A stretch of DNA of 64,000 nucleotides from an uncultured Gammaproteobacteria bacterium (GTDB lineage Bacteria; Pseudomonadota; Gammaproteobacteria; JAAEPA01). Within the stretch, counting starts at the first letter, position 1; every line of letters starts with the position of its first letter. The stretch is taken from assembly GCA_963731655.1 (NCBI GenBank), contig CAVSWL010000019.1, positions 40,609-104,608 on the forward strand. The letters are read 5' to 3'. The notes beneath the pieces were generated by a model. The model worked only from the letters and a program-made list of their open reading frames with translations. It had not been told where the DNA came from and did not search any database. Both the position numbers and the translations under genes were made by a program. This document shows, piece after piece, positions 1 to 8,999 of the stretch.

Positions 1-571
1 TGCCCTGCTGAAGGGTTATACCGCGGTGCTCGTGAGTCCAAAAGGGTGGGAACAGCAGGAGTTTGCCTTGCTCCGGCTTGATCTTGATTTGCTGAAATCG
101 AAATTCCGTTTCCCCGCCAGGACCTTCGACCGTATTGAGATACCACACGGCGACCAGTTGCCGCTGACTGAATTCATGGCTGCCACCGTCGATGTGCCAG
201 TGATAATACTCGCCCGGCTGGGTACGCTGTATTGCGTATCCCATGTCCTTAAAAGGACCTTTAAAATAAGGAAATTTTTCGCGTAACTCCTTCAGTGCCT
301 GTGCGAGCGATAGGAAGAGCACTCGGTCCACGTCCTTCCACTGCGGTTTTCCACTGATAACCAAGTCAGTGGATTTCTTGATGCTAAGGTCTTGATAGAC
401 CTGCTGACCAATACGCCCTAGATAATGTTCCTCTTTCGCGGCCTCAAATCGGTCGATCAATTGTTCGCACAGACGATTGGGTAGCGCATTGTATTGCTCA
501 AAAATAAAACTGTGGGGTTCTACTTCCTGAAGGTTCGGAAGCGTTATTCCACTGCTAGAACATAGTTCCAT
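1..571 (-). CDS. 2OG-Fe(II) oxygenase, prolyl-4-hydroxylase-like (3' end runs off the window)
   Basis: Absent from the ORF track because it has no stop in the window. Manual translation from ATG at 571: MELCSSGITLPNL...YYHWHIDGG...VWYLN...GGETEF...IKPEQGKLLLFPPFWTHEHRG, giving the HxD...H iron triad. Confidence 0.85.
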   Translation of the reverse strand, partial: MELCSSSGITLPNLQEVEPHSFIFEQYNALPNRLCEQLIDRFEAAKEEHYLGRIGQQVYQDLSIKKSTDLVISGKPQWKDVDRVLFLSLAQALKELREKFPYFKGPFKDMGYAIQRTQPGEYYHWHIDGGSHEFSQRQLVAVWYLNTVEGPGGETEFRFQQIKIKPEQGKLLLFPPFWTHEHRGITLQQG

Positions 572-583
572 AGCTTACAATGA

Positions 584-1630
584 TTAGAGTCGACTGGTTT
601 CCATCAATGCTTCTAAATAAGGGGGACAACGCGATTCGTATTGCTGATGTAAAGTCAACATTCGCTTCGCCACAGCCAGCCAGTGGGCTTGGCTCCTTTC
701 AAGCAACGGCTCCAATGCACGAAAATTCCCATGTTGTACAACGCGTTCGTAAGCCTCGATCAGAGAGGGAAAGAGTTCTTTGCGCATACCCGTCAGGTTC
801 GCCATATAAAAATGTAAGGAGGCCACATCTTCTTGAAACAGTAATTTGGGCAGCGTGGAAAGAGCATCGGCCAAGTGGTCGCGCACGGCCCGTGCCATAA
901 GTTCTGCTTTCGATCGGGGTAAACTAACCAACATTACGCCCCAATAGTCGTCGAGCGATTCCCCGGCCATGATTTCACCGATTTCATGGAGTACCGTGGC
1001 GTGAAGCTCGTGTTCGGTCAACTGCTCAAGGGCTGCGTCCGGGTCTCCATCGAAGTCATAAAATGACAACGCCCGAGCCATGGCGTTCTCCGGCTTATTC
1101 CATTGCCATTCCTGCACTTTTTCCCAGATCATACGCTGTAAGGACTCACGACGCAGGAAAATGGTTTTGTCGAGGGTCATCGCCGGTGGCGCGGTGAGAT
1201 CGCGAGCGCATTCGTCCGCGGCGATTAGCACCTTGAATCCCTGAGTATCGATTTGTTTTTGCAGTTGGCCGAGAAAGAAATGGGGAGTTGCTTGACGCCC
1301 CAATCCACCGCTGTAGACGTAGCCTTTTGGTACTAAACTGCGGTTAATCAGTTCCGTGTTGAACGGATCCACTAAACAACCATCAATCTCGATTGGTATA
1401 AAGGGCTCTTCCTCAAGGGTTTCCCATAACTGTTCGCGCTGTGTCAGCCAACTGCCAAGCTCTTCATTAGGCATTGGAGCGCTAAATGGATACCCCATTT
1501 CCCAGCGATAGAATTCGCGCATTTTCAATAAATAGACGCAGAGAGTGTAGTTAGAAGCGTGTCGGGCGTCTGAGATGTTGCAGTTCCTTTGAACTGTTCC
1601 GCATAGGGACCGAGGATTCGTAAGCGTCAT
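584..1630 (-). CDS. Sfum_1244-family conserved protein
   Basis: N-terminal QRNCNISDA...YTLCVYLLKMREFYRWE signature recalled for this family; HExxE segment (LHEIGE). Ends 12 bp before the oxygenase start. Confidence 0.7.
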   Translation of the reverse strand: MTLTNPRSLCGTVQRNCNISDARHASNYTLCVYLLKMREFYRWEMGYPFSAPMPNEELGSWLTQREQLWETLEEEPFIPIEIDGCLVDPFNTELINRSLVPKGYVYSGGLGRQATPHFFLGQLQKQIDTQGFKVLIAADECARDLTAPPAMTLDKTIFLRRESLQRMIWEKVQEWQWNKPENAMARALSFYDFDGDPDAALEQLTEHELHATVLHEIGEIMAGESLDDYWGVMLVSLPRSKAELMARAVRDHLADALSTLPKLLFQEDVASLHFYMANLTGMRKELFPSLIEAYERVVQHGNFRALEPLLERSQAHWLAVAKRMLTLHQQYESRCPPYLEALMETSRL

Positions 1631-1783
1631 GGATGGCTAGATCTACGAGTTTGGTTGGCTCGCCGCTCTGGATCCGTTGAGAATTGAGCGGGCCGATTGA
1701 GATATAAAACAGGCCGTTACGTTATGCTAGCATCCGATGCTCCGCTGATCCAGCGCCTTAGTATTTTATAGTTGCAGGAGTTT

Positions 1784-2396
1784 ATGATGGTACGACTTAG
1801 AACCCGTTGGAACCTCAAAGACCGTGAGCGTTCCCTTGAAGCGATAGCCAGTGCGGTCGGGGTTAATATCTGGAGAATTGCGGGAGAAGCGTTGCTTAGT
1901 CTCGAAAACGAGGGTTTTGAAACTATAGACGCATGCTCAACGCTTGGATGTGATAGGGGAATTTGTTGCCTTTCTTGTTCACATGGTTGATCGGATGGTC
2001 TATCAGTCTTTGGATCAGGATCAACGCCGCGAGTTGGTTACCGCAGTGGCCCATCATCTTTGCGATACCATGCAGGATAATCGAGTGGACGCCAGTGGTC
2101 AGGGACAGTATCGCGATGCTTTCGTATCGCTTTTAAATGCACGAATGAGCGATTACGCGGAATGCGGTTATTCCAAAGAGGAGGGGCCCAGCTTTAGCTT
2201 AAGACGAATTTTAGGGGACTATGTCAGACAACAAATGGGAGCGCGGGACAATAAATGGATTCCCGACTACGTGATGGATGTCGAGGTGCCCAAGGCAATG
2301 AAATCATTAGGCCGCATGCTCGACAGTCTAATCGGCTTCGATCAACCTTCGCGTGGACCCTCACTGCCGAAGGGAGGCGTTTGGGGAGAAGGTTGA
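1784..2396 (+). pseudogene. Conserved hypothetical gene split by a one-base frameshift near 1925-1928 (or a sequencing error)
   Basis: RBS CAGGAG before ATG 1784. ORF 1772-1990 reads protein-like up to ENEGFET, then the +1 frame continues THAQRLDVIGEFVAFL... to 2396. Span is 613 nt (3n+1). Confidence 0.7.
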
Positions 2397-2483
2397 ATCA
2401 GAGGGCTATTGAAATCCTACCGGCAGTTGATATTGGTAATTCCGATTCGTTCCCCGCTGGAATTTAACAGGGATACACGGTGG

Positions 2484-2512
2484 AAGAAAACGGGGTGAGA
2501 ACTTCTCACCCC
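2484..2512 (-). terminator. Intrinsic terminator downstream of the sulfur globule gene
   Basis: GGGGTGAGAA/TTCTCACCCC inverted repeat at 2492-2512, followed on the minus strand by GTTTTCTT. Confidence 0.7.
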
Positions 2513-2568
2513 TGGCAAGTTCCCTCAAAGACCTACTGAGGGTTGATTGGAGGTTATTATTCCCTCTC

Positions 2569-2928
2569 TTATTTAGCTTCTGATTTTGTTGGCGCCGTAG
2601 GCACTGTGTATCCTGGGTATCCACCCCAGCCGTATCCGGGATAACCGCCCCAGCTATAAGGTCCGCCCCAACCGTACGGACCACCCCAACCGTATCCGGG
2701 ATAACCGCCCCAGCCATAAGGTCCGCCCCAACCGTACGGACCACCCCAGCCGCCGTAATAGGGATAACCGCCCCATCCCCAGGGCCCGCCGCCCCAATCC
2801 CACGGGCCGCCCCACCAGGGACCTCCACCCCAGCCGTTTCCCCAGAAGGCGTCGGCATCTTGGGTTGGTGTCATCGCCGCTGAGCCAGCCAATACGGTGC
2901 TGATTAGAAGACTTGTAACCTTGTTCAT
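2569..2928 (-). CDS. Sulfur globule envelope protein (SgpA/SgpB-like)
   Basis: Sec signal peptide ending ADA|FW; mature part is G/W/P/Y repeats (GGPYGWGG, GGYPGYGW) typical of Sgp proteins. GGAG RBS favours the MNKVT start at 2928. Confidence 0.85.
   Translation of the reverse strand: MNKVTSLLISTVLAGSAAMTPTQDADAFWGNGWGGGPWWGGPWDWGGGPWGWGGYPYYGGWGGPYGWGGPYGWGGYPGYGWGGPYGWGGPYSWGGYPGYGWGGYPGYTVPTAPTKSEAK
2621..2752. repeat. Near-perfect 60-bp tandem repeat (about 2.2 copies) inside the sgp gene
   Basis: 2641-2700 and 2701-2752 are nearly identical (ataaccgccccagc.ataaggtccgccccaaccgtacggaccacccca.c); 2621-2640 matches 2681-2700. Confidence 0.9.
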
Positions 2929-2999
2929 TGTTCTACTCTCCACTAATCCAATGATTACTTCTAGATCTGTTTTGTTGTTGATGAATGGAGTACAGCTTG

Positions 3000-3054
3000 T
3001 TAAAGCAACGACTATTTTATTAAAGCAACGATTATTTTCACAACGATTATTTTC
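3000..3054. repeat. Triple direct repeat CAACGA(C/T)TATTTT upstream of sgp
   Basis: Copies at 3006-3018, 3026-3038 and 3041-3053; the first two are each preceded by TTAAAG (20-bp period). Confidence 0.85.
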
Positions 3055-3123
3055 GCGTTAAGTCCTTACAACCTTCAGCAGGACTCCTTGGTTCCAATAC
3101 TAAGAAAAAATCAAAGAGGCGAT

Positions 3124-3137
3124 TTGATCGAAATCAA
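3124..3137. promoter_or_regulatory. FNR/Anr-type binding site
   Basis: TTGAT-CGAA-ATCAA is an exact match to TTGAT-N4-ATCAA, in the divergent sgp/hypC intergenic region. Confidence 0.75.
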
Positions 3138-3242
3138 TAACTTTGTTTAAATTGAACTTCGTACTAAACTCTCTTTTCTCAAAATTAAATGCTTTCTAGT
3201 CGCTACTATGCGAACCGAAACGCGTGGAAAGGAATTGATATC

Positions 3243-3494
3243 ATGTGTCTTGCGATCCCTATGAAAATTGTAGAAATCGACGGCTTTCAGGCACGTTGTG
3301 AAGCCAAGGGCGTAGAACGGGATGTGAGTTTGTTTATGTTGCAGAACGAGCCGATGAAAGTGGGTGATTTCGTAATGGTTCATGTAGGTTACGCGATTCA
3401 GAAAGTATCACCTCAAGAAGCACTGTCTTCGTGGGAGCTCTTCGATGAAATATTGAAGGCCGATGATGGTGATCAAGACACAGCCCTTAATTGA
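3243..3494 (+). CDS. hypC: [NiFe]-hydrogenase maturation chaperone HypC
   Basis: MCLAIP N-terminus (ATG 3243) and VGDFVMVHVGYAI motif. Confidence 0.95.
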   Translation: MCLAIPMKIVEIDGFQARCEAKGVERDVSLFMLQNEPMKVGDFVMVHVGYAIQKVSPQEALSSWELFDEILKADDGDQDTALN

Positions 3495-3539
3495 GCGCAA
3501 TGCGCTTTGACGAGTAGCTACGGACGAAGGAGTCATGTG

Positions 3540-4364
3540 ATGTGTGATACCTGTGGATGCAGTATTACTCCCGAACACTTGATTAAGTTGGAAGACGAAA
3601 GCACGAAGATCGATCAAAGCCGCGAAGCGATTCATGTGTTGCAGTCGTTGTTGTCGGAAAATGATCACCAAGCCGCCCATAATCGCGAACACTTCGACCG
3701 ACACGGCGTGCTCGCCATTAATCTGATGTCTTCACCGGGGTCGGGGAAAACGGCTCTGCTTGAGGCCACTATTGAGGCTCTAAAAGGAGATTATTCTATT
3801 GCGGTCATCGAGGGCGACTTAGAAACGGAAAATGACGCGAAGCGAATCCGTGCTCGAGGTGTGGAGGCTGTGCAAATCACCACCGGAAACGCCTGCCATT
3901 TGGATGCCCACATGGTTCACCAGGCGCTCCACCAATTAAAATTGCCGGATATAGACCTACTGTTTATCGAGAATGTCGGTAACCTGGTATGCCCTGCCAG
4001 TTTCGATTTAGGACAGCACCGCAATGTGACGCTGCTGTCTGTCCCAGAAGGTGACGATAAGCCCGCCAAATATCCGGTGATGTTCCGGGCGGCAGATTTG
4101 GTGGTGTTGAGTAAAATGGATTTATTACCTCTGCTTGATGATTTCCAGCCACAACGCGCAGAGCAAGCGTTGCGTGCTTTGGCATCTCAAGCCCCTCTGA
4201 TTCGACTGTCAGCTGGAAAGCACCGGGATATCCAAACGTGGTTGGATTGGTTAGTCGAGGAAATCGCGGTTCATAAAGCGCGGGTGGGGCAGGGTGCGAC
4301 TCTACGCCCTGCTATCCAGCCGGAAGGAGCACAACTACATGCAGAGCAAACTGCCTTGTCCTAA
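3540..4364 (+). CDS. hypB: Hydrogenase nickel-insertion GTPase HypB
   Basis: MCDTCGC N-terminus, SSPGSGKT, ACHLDA, ENVGNLVCPA and EGDDKPAKYP motifs. Confidence 0.95.
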   Translation: MCDTCGCSITPEHLIKLEDESTKIDQSREAIHVLQSLLSENDHQAAHNREHFDRHGVLAINLMSSPGSGKTALLEATIEALKGDYSIAVIEGDLETENDAKRIRARGVEAVQITTGNACHLDAHMVHQALHQLKLPDIDLLFIENVGNLVCPASFDLGQHRNVTLLSVPEGDDKPAKYPVMFRAADLVVLSKMDLLPLLDDFQPQRAEQALRALASQAPLIRLSAGKHRDIQTWLDWLVEEIAVHKARVGQGATLRPAIQPEGAQLHAEQTALS

Positions 4365-4424
4365 GGTGCTGCGTGTTTTTTAGCTGAATGGATCTCGGGA
4401 ATTCTTAGATTAAGGTAGAGCAAC

Positions 4425-5534
4425 ATGCCGACAAGCGCAAAACAATGGGTGCATAAGATTGCTTCGCTGCCATTGCCGTCTAAAGTGAGGATCATGAATG
4501 TGTGCGGGGGGCATGAACGCACGCTTACTCTGGCAGGTGTTCGCGGTGTTTTGCCCACGAATGTCGAGCTGATCCCAGGGCCCGGGTGCCCGGTGTGCAT
4601 TTGCCCTGAAGAAGACGTTTATGAGGCCATTCAAGTAGCGTTGAACGAACCGGTTATCATGGTGGCTTTTGGCGATATGTTGCGGGTGCCAATAAATGGA
4701 CCCAAAAAAGATCCTCGTTCCATGGAGCAAGCCAAGGCGGCAGGTGCGGACATCCGGCCCATCGCTTCTCCCACAGAAGCCGTGAGAATCGCTAAAGCAA
4801 ATCCCGATACCGAGATTGTATTTTTCGCTGCGGGATTTGAAACAACCACAGCGCCAGTGGCGGCGATGTTAGCCGAGGGGGTCCCAGACAATTTGAGTGT
4901 GTTATTGTCGGGCCGCCGAACTTGGCCGGCCGTGGCCATGTTGCTTGAATCCGAACAGCCGGGCTTCGAGGCGTTGATCGCTCCGGGTCACGTCTCCACG
5001 GTGATGGGACCCGAGGAATGGGGAGGGGTGGTTGATCGCTACCAGATGCCGGTGGCGGTGGCGGGGTTTACCCCAGACTCTCTCTTGGCCGCTATATATT
5101 CAAACTTAAGGCAACTGTTGGAAGAGCATTATTTTTTAGATAACTGCTATCCGGCGGTGGTCAGGCCTGGAGGCAATAAAGCCGCGCAGCAACAACTCAC
5201 GCAGGTCATGGATGTGGTGGACGCCAAGTGGCGTGGCGTGGGAGAAATCCCAGCCTCCGGCTTCGCAATTCGAGAGAGTTATGGTGCGCATGATGCGCGC
5301 AAGCGCTTCCCAGGCTATGCGGATGAATCCCGAAAACGCGCCGGTGAAATGCCTCCTGGATGTGATTGCGCCCGTGTGGTGCTTGGCAAAATCTACCCCA
5401 ATGAATGCCGTCTTTATGGTGTGGCGTGCTCGCCGCGTAAACCCATCGGACCGTGCATGGTCTCGGACGAAGGGGCCTGCCGCATCTGGTGGGCGGGAGG
5501 TGTGCGCGAGGGAGCCGCACCCAGAGTGGCATGA
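4425..5534 (+). CDS. hypD: Hydrogenase formation protein HypD
   Basis: CGGH, GPGCPVC, GFETT, PGHVS and PIGPCMVSDEGAC motifs. Confidence 0.95.
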   Translation: MPTSAKQWVHKIASLPLPSKVRIMNVCGGHERTLTLAGVRGVLPTNVELIPGPGCPVCICPEEDVYEAIQVALNEPVIMVAFGDMLRVPINGPKKDPRSMEQAKAAGADIRPIASPTEAVRIAKANPDTEIVFFAAGFETTTAPVAAMLAEGVPDNLSVLLSGRRTWPAVAMLLESEQPGFEALIAPGHVSTVMGPEEWGGVVDRYQMPVAVAGFTPDSLLAAIYSNLRQLLEEHYFLDNCYPAVVRPGGNKAAQQQLTQVMDVVDAKWRGVGEIPASGFAIRESYGAHDARKRFPGYADESRKRAGEMPPGCDCARVVLGKIYPNECRLYGVACSPRKPIGPCMVSDEGACRIWWAGGVREGAAPRVA

Positions 5535-5623
5535 ATTGCAGCGTTTGATGTCAGCATCAATCAACGGGAAAACTCCGACTTCTAATCAACTGGCTTGCCA
5601 AGAAGCTTTTCTCGAAGCTTTAC

Positions 5624-7897
5624 ATGAAAACTAAGCGGTGGGTACTCGCCGGCCAGGTGCAAGGAGTCGGCTTTCGTCCCTTCGTTTATCGCTTGGCTCA
5701 CCGTCATGGTCTAATGGGGTGGGTCTGCAATCAACTGGGTCAAGTCGAAGTGATGGCTCAGGGCAATCCTCAGAGCCTTGCGGATTTTGGCGGTGAATTG
5801 ATTTCCTGCGCCCCGCCGATTGCGCAGCCGCGAATCGTATCCGTTGAAGAGGTGGAGTCCGGTGTGTTCGCCGATTTCGTCATCGTTGCCAGCCGGGAGG
5901 ATGACACGCCTAGAATTCATCTGCCGCCAGACTATTTTCTTTGCCAGGATTGCCTTACCGAGATGCGTGACCCCCTTAATCGGCGCTATCGTTATCCCTT
6001 TATTAACTGCACCCAGTGCGGTCCCCGTTACACGCTGATCAAGCGGTTACCTTATGACCGTCCCAATACCACCATGGCTCAATTCCCGCTTTGCAGGGAC
6101 TGTCGCAGTGAGTATGAAGATCCAAACAATCGGCGCTTTCATGCCGAGCCCAACGCCTGTTCCGTCTGTGGCCCCAGCCTTGTCCTTCACGATCCAAGTG
6201 GCCAGATTGTCCACGACACGCAAGCTGCGCTGCACGGAACTGTCGACTTGATAAAGAACGGTCATATTGTGGCGGTTAAGGGCATTGGTGGCTACCATCT
6301 CTTCTGCGACGCACGGAATGACGCAACCATCGTACGCCTGCGAGTGAAGAAACCCCGCCCGGACAAGCCATTGGCCGTTTTGTTTCCACAACGTGGAGAC
6401 GATGGCCTCGACGCCCTTCGTGAGCAGGTTTTGCTACATGCTGAAGAAAAAGAACTGCTGACCGGTAGCCGCCGGCCAATTGTATTGGCGCGTAAACACG
6501 CGCGGTGTTTACTATCCGACACGATTGCGCCTACGCTGCTGGAGATCGGTGTAATGTTACCCCACAGCCCACTGCATCACTTGCTCGTTGAGGATTTTGG
6601 GGGGCCCTTGGTCGCGACTTCAGCCAACATCAGTGGTGAACCCATGTTGACATCCAATAAGGACGTGGAAAAACGTCTGGGGAAAGTGGCGGAAGCCTAT
6701 CTGCATCATAACCGGCCTATCGAACGTCCGGCGGATGATTCGGTGTACCGTACGATTCGTGGAAAGCCACGTCCCCTGCGTCTGGGTCGCGGCTATGCTC
6801 CAGTGGAGCTTGATTTGCCTTTCTGCCTCGATAAGCCCGTGCTCGCGGTAGGTGGCCATATTAAAAATACGATTGCTCTGGGTTGGCAGTGGCGGGTGGT
6901 GGTGTCCCCCCATATCGGAGATCTTCAAGCTCCTCGCAGCCAGGAGGTATTTGAGCAGGTGATTGCCGATCTGCGGTCCTTATATAATGTGCAGCCCGAG
7001 ACTGTGGTGTGTGATGCCCACCCCGGTTACGCGAGTACTCGCTGGGCGCGGCAGTGTGGATTGCCCCTGGAAAAAGTTTATCATCACCACGCTCATGCTT
7101 CGGCCTTAGTGGGTGAGAACATGGGTGAAGAGCGCTGGATGGTGTTCACCTGGGATGGTACGGGCATGGGAGAAGACGGCTCGCTGTGGGGCGGGGAGGT
7201 GCTGACGGGGCGTCCAGGCGCCTGGAATAGGGCGGGTAGCTTCCGACCGTTCTACCTGCCGGGGGGAGAGCGCGCCAGCCGCGAACCTTGGCGTAGTGCC
7301 GTGGCCCTGTGTTGGGAAGCGGACACTGCGTGGCCAGCCTGTCCCGAGAATACTGAATTGCTCTATCAAGCTTGGCAGCGCCGGTTAAACGGTTCCTCAA
7401 CCAGTGCTGCGGGGCGATTATTCGATGCGGCGGCATCGCTCACGGGTCTGTTACATCGAGCGAGTTATGAAGGCCAAGGGCCTATGATGGTGGAAGCCGC
7501 CGCTCAGGATCGGGAAATGATTGAGACCATGAGACTTCCAATTGAGCAAGACGCGCAAGGCCTTTGGCGGATCGATTGGTATCCTTTATTATCCGGCTTA
7601 ATGGATGGTTCTCGCAGCATCCCCAAACGTGCCGCGGCTTTCCATGGCGCCATGGCCCGGGCGATATTCGATCTGGCTAAGCTACTCCGTGAGCAGCAAG
7701 CTATCGAATGGGTCGGGCTTTGTGGCGGTGTGTTTCAGAACCGGCTATTGTGTGAACACGCTGTTCGTCTACTGGAGAATGATGGATTTAAGGTGCGGCT
7801 CAGCGAAAAACTACCCTGCAATGACGGGGGCTTAAGTTTCGGTCAGATTGTCGAATACGGAGCAAGGACTCAAGAGCATCCATCATCTACTAAGTAA
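5624..7897 (+). CDS. hypF: Carbamoyltransferase HypF
   Basis: Acylphosphatase GQVQGVGFRPFVY, two CxxC...CxxC zinc fingers, KGIGGYH, HHHAH, DGTGMG and PCNDGGLSFGQ. Confidence 0.97.
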   Translation: MKTKRWVLAGQVQGVGFRPFVYRLAHRHGLMGWVCNQLGQVEVMAQGNPQSLADFGGELISCAPPIAQPRIVSVEEVESGVFADFVIVASREDDTPRIHLPPDYFLCQDCLTEMRDPLNRRYRYPFINCTQCGPRYTLIKRLPYDRPNTTMAQFPLCRDCRSEYEDPNNRRFHAEPNACSVCGPSLVLHDPSGQIVHDTQAALHGTVDLIKNGHIVAVKGIGGYHLFCDARNDATIVRLRVKKPRPDKPLAVLFPQRGDDGLDALREQVLLHAEEKELLTGSRRPIVLARKHARCLLSDTIAPTLLEIGVMLPHSPLHHLLVEDFGGPLVATSANISGEPMLTSNKDVEKRLGKVAEAYLHHNRPIERPADDSVYRTIRGKPRPLRLGRGYAPVELDLPFCLDKPVLAVGGHIKNTIALGWQWRVVVSPHIGDLQAPRSQEVFEQVIADLRSLYNVQPETVVCDAHPGYASTRWARQCGLPLEKVYHHHAHASALVGENMGEERWMVFTWDGTGMGEDGSLWGGEVLTGRPGAWNRAGSFRPFYLPGGERASREPWRSAVALCWEADTAWPACPENTELLYQAWQRRLNGSSTSAAGRLFDAAASLTGLLHRASYEGQGPMMVEAAAQDREMIETMRLPIEQDAQGLWRIDWYPLLSGLMDGSRSIPKRAAAFHGAMARAIFDLAKLLREQQAIEWVGLCGGVFQNRLLCEHAVRLLENDGFKVRLSEKLPCNDGGLSFGQIVEYGARTQEHPSSTK

Positions 7898-7933
7898 TCT
7901 CAGCTACACTACCCCATTCGAACGTTTGCGAGC

Positions 7934-8935
7934 ATGGAAGATAAATACATTACCTTAGCCCACGGCAATGGCGGACGGTTCATGCGCGAGCTGATCCAAG
8001 AAATCTTTGTGCGAAATCTGGCGAACCCGGAGCTGGATGTGCAGGCCGATGCGGTTCCGCTAAGCTTGCAGGGTGGGGAACTCATGATCACTACGGATGG
8101 GTTTTCGGTGCAGCCTCTGGAGTTTCCGGGAGGTGATATTGGCTCATTAGCCGTGCACGGCACTACGAATGATCTGGCTGTTGCTGGATCCATCCCGCGT
8201 TTTCTGAGCCTCAATGCGTTTATCGAGGAAGGCATGGAGGTAGCGCAATTGGAGCGTATCATTGCCAGTTTAGCCAAAGCGGCCGATGCGCTGGATGTCC
8301 GAGTCGTGGCAGGGGATACTAAGGTCGTTCCTCGAGGAACGGGGGGCGGGCTCTATCTAGCAACTACCGGAATCGGGGTGCGTCTTAGCACTCAACCCTT
8401 AGGCTTTGAACAAATCAGACACGGTGATGCCATTCTGGTGAGCGGGCCGGTGGGTGATCACGGTACGGCTGTATTGCTTGCTCGGGAGCAGTTCGGGCTC
8501 AAAGGCGATCTGCGATCGGACGCCGCCAGCGTGCTGCCGTTGACTCGAAGTCTATTAGCGTTTGAGGGTTTGCGGTTCATGCGTGATCCCACCCGTGGGG
8601 GGTTGGCCACAGTGCTCCATGAGCTTGCTCATATCACGAATTTTGGGGTGCGTTTGCAAGAAACCGCTGTTCCCGTGCGTCCGCAGGTACGCGCCGTGTG
8701 CGAAATACTGGGTTATGATCCCTATTTTCTGGCCTGCGAGGGTCGGGTTGTGGCTGTGATCGACCCGGCACATGTGGGATCAGCGATAGACGCTATGCGC
8801 CAGCATCCAAGCGGGAGGGACGCGGCGTGTATTGGTCAGATTACTGCCGGGCAGCGGGTCGTGCTGGAGACTGAACTGGGTGGTGAGCGGATTCTCGATG
8901 AACTCGAAGATGACCCGTTGCCGAGGATTTGCTAA
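7934..8935 (+). CDS. hypE: Carbamoyl dehydratase HypE
   Basis: HGNGG, FPGGDIGSLAVHGT, GDTKVV, MRDPTRGG and C-terminal LPRIC. Confidence 0.97.
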   Translation: MEDKYITLAHGNGGRFMRELIQEIFVRNLANPELDVQADAVPLSLQGGELMITTDGFSVQPLEFPGGDIGSLAVHGTTNDLAVAGSIPRFLSLNAFIEEGMEVAQLERIIASLAKAADALDVRVVAGDTKVVPRGTGGGLYLATTGIGVRLSTQPLGFEQIRHGDAILVSGPVGDHGTAVLLAREQFGLKGDLRSDAASVLPLTRSLLAFEGLRFMRDPTRGGLATVLHELAHITNFGVRLQETAVPVRPQVRAVCEILGYDPYFLACEGRVVAVIDPAHVGSAIDAMRQHPSGRDAACIGQITAGQRVVLETELGGERILDELEDDPLPRIC

Positions 8936-8999
8936 GCCGTGTCGCCCGCGTCTCGCAAGCGAGATGGCGAATAACTGATTTATAACGTAGTAAATTGCA

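Noticed and set aside
26-900. Plus-strand ORFs 26-286 and 580-900
   Set aside because: Antisense to the oxygenase and Sfum_1244-like genes, with no motifs.
2406-2858. 150-aa alternative-frame ORF over sgp
   Set aside because: Shadow frame of the GC-rich repeats; the sgp frame has a signal peptide, RBS and terminator.
2621-3054. Repeats as a possible CRISPR array
   Set aside because: Units are contiguous with no unique spacers, the 60-bp repeat is coding, and no cas genes are present.
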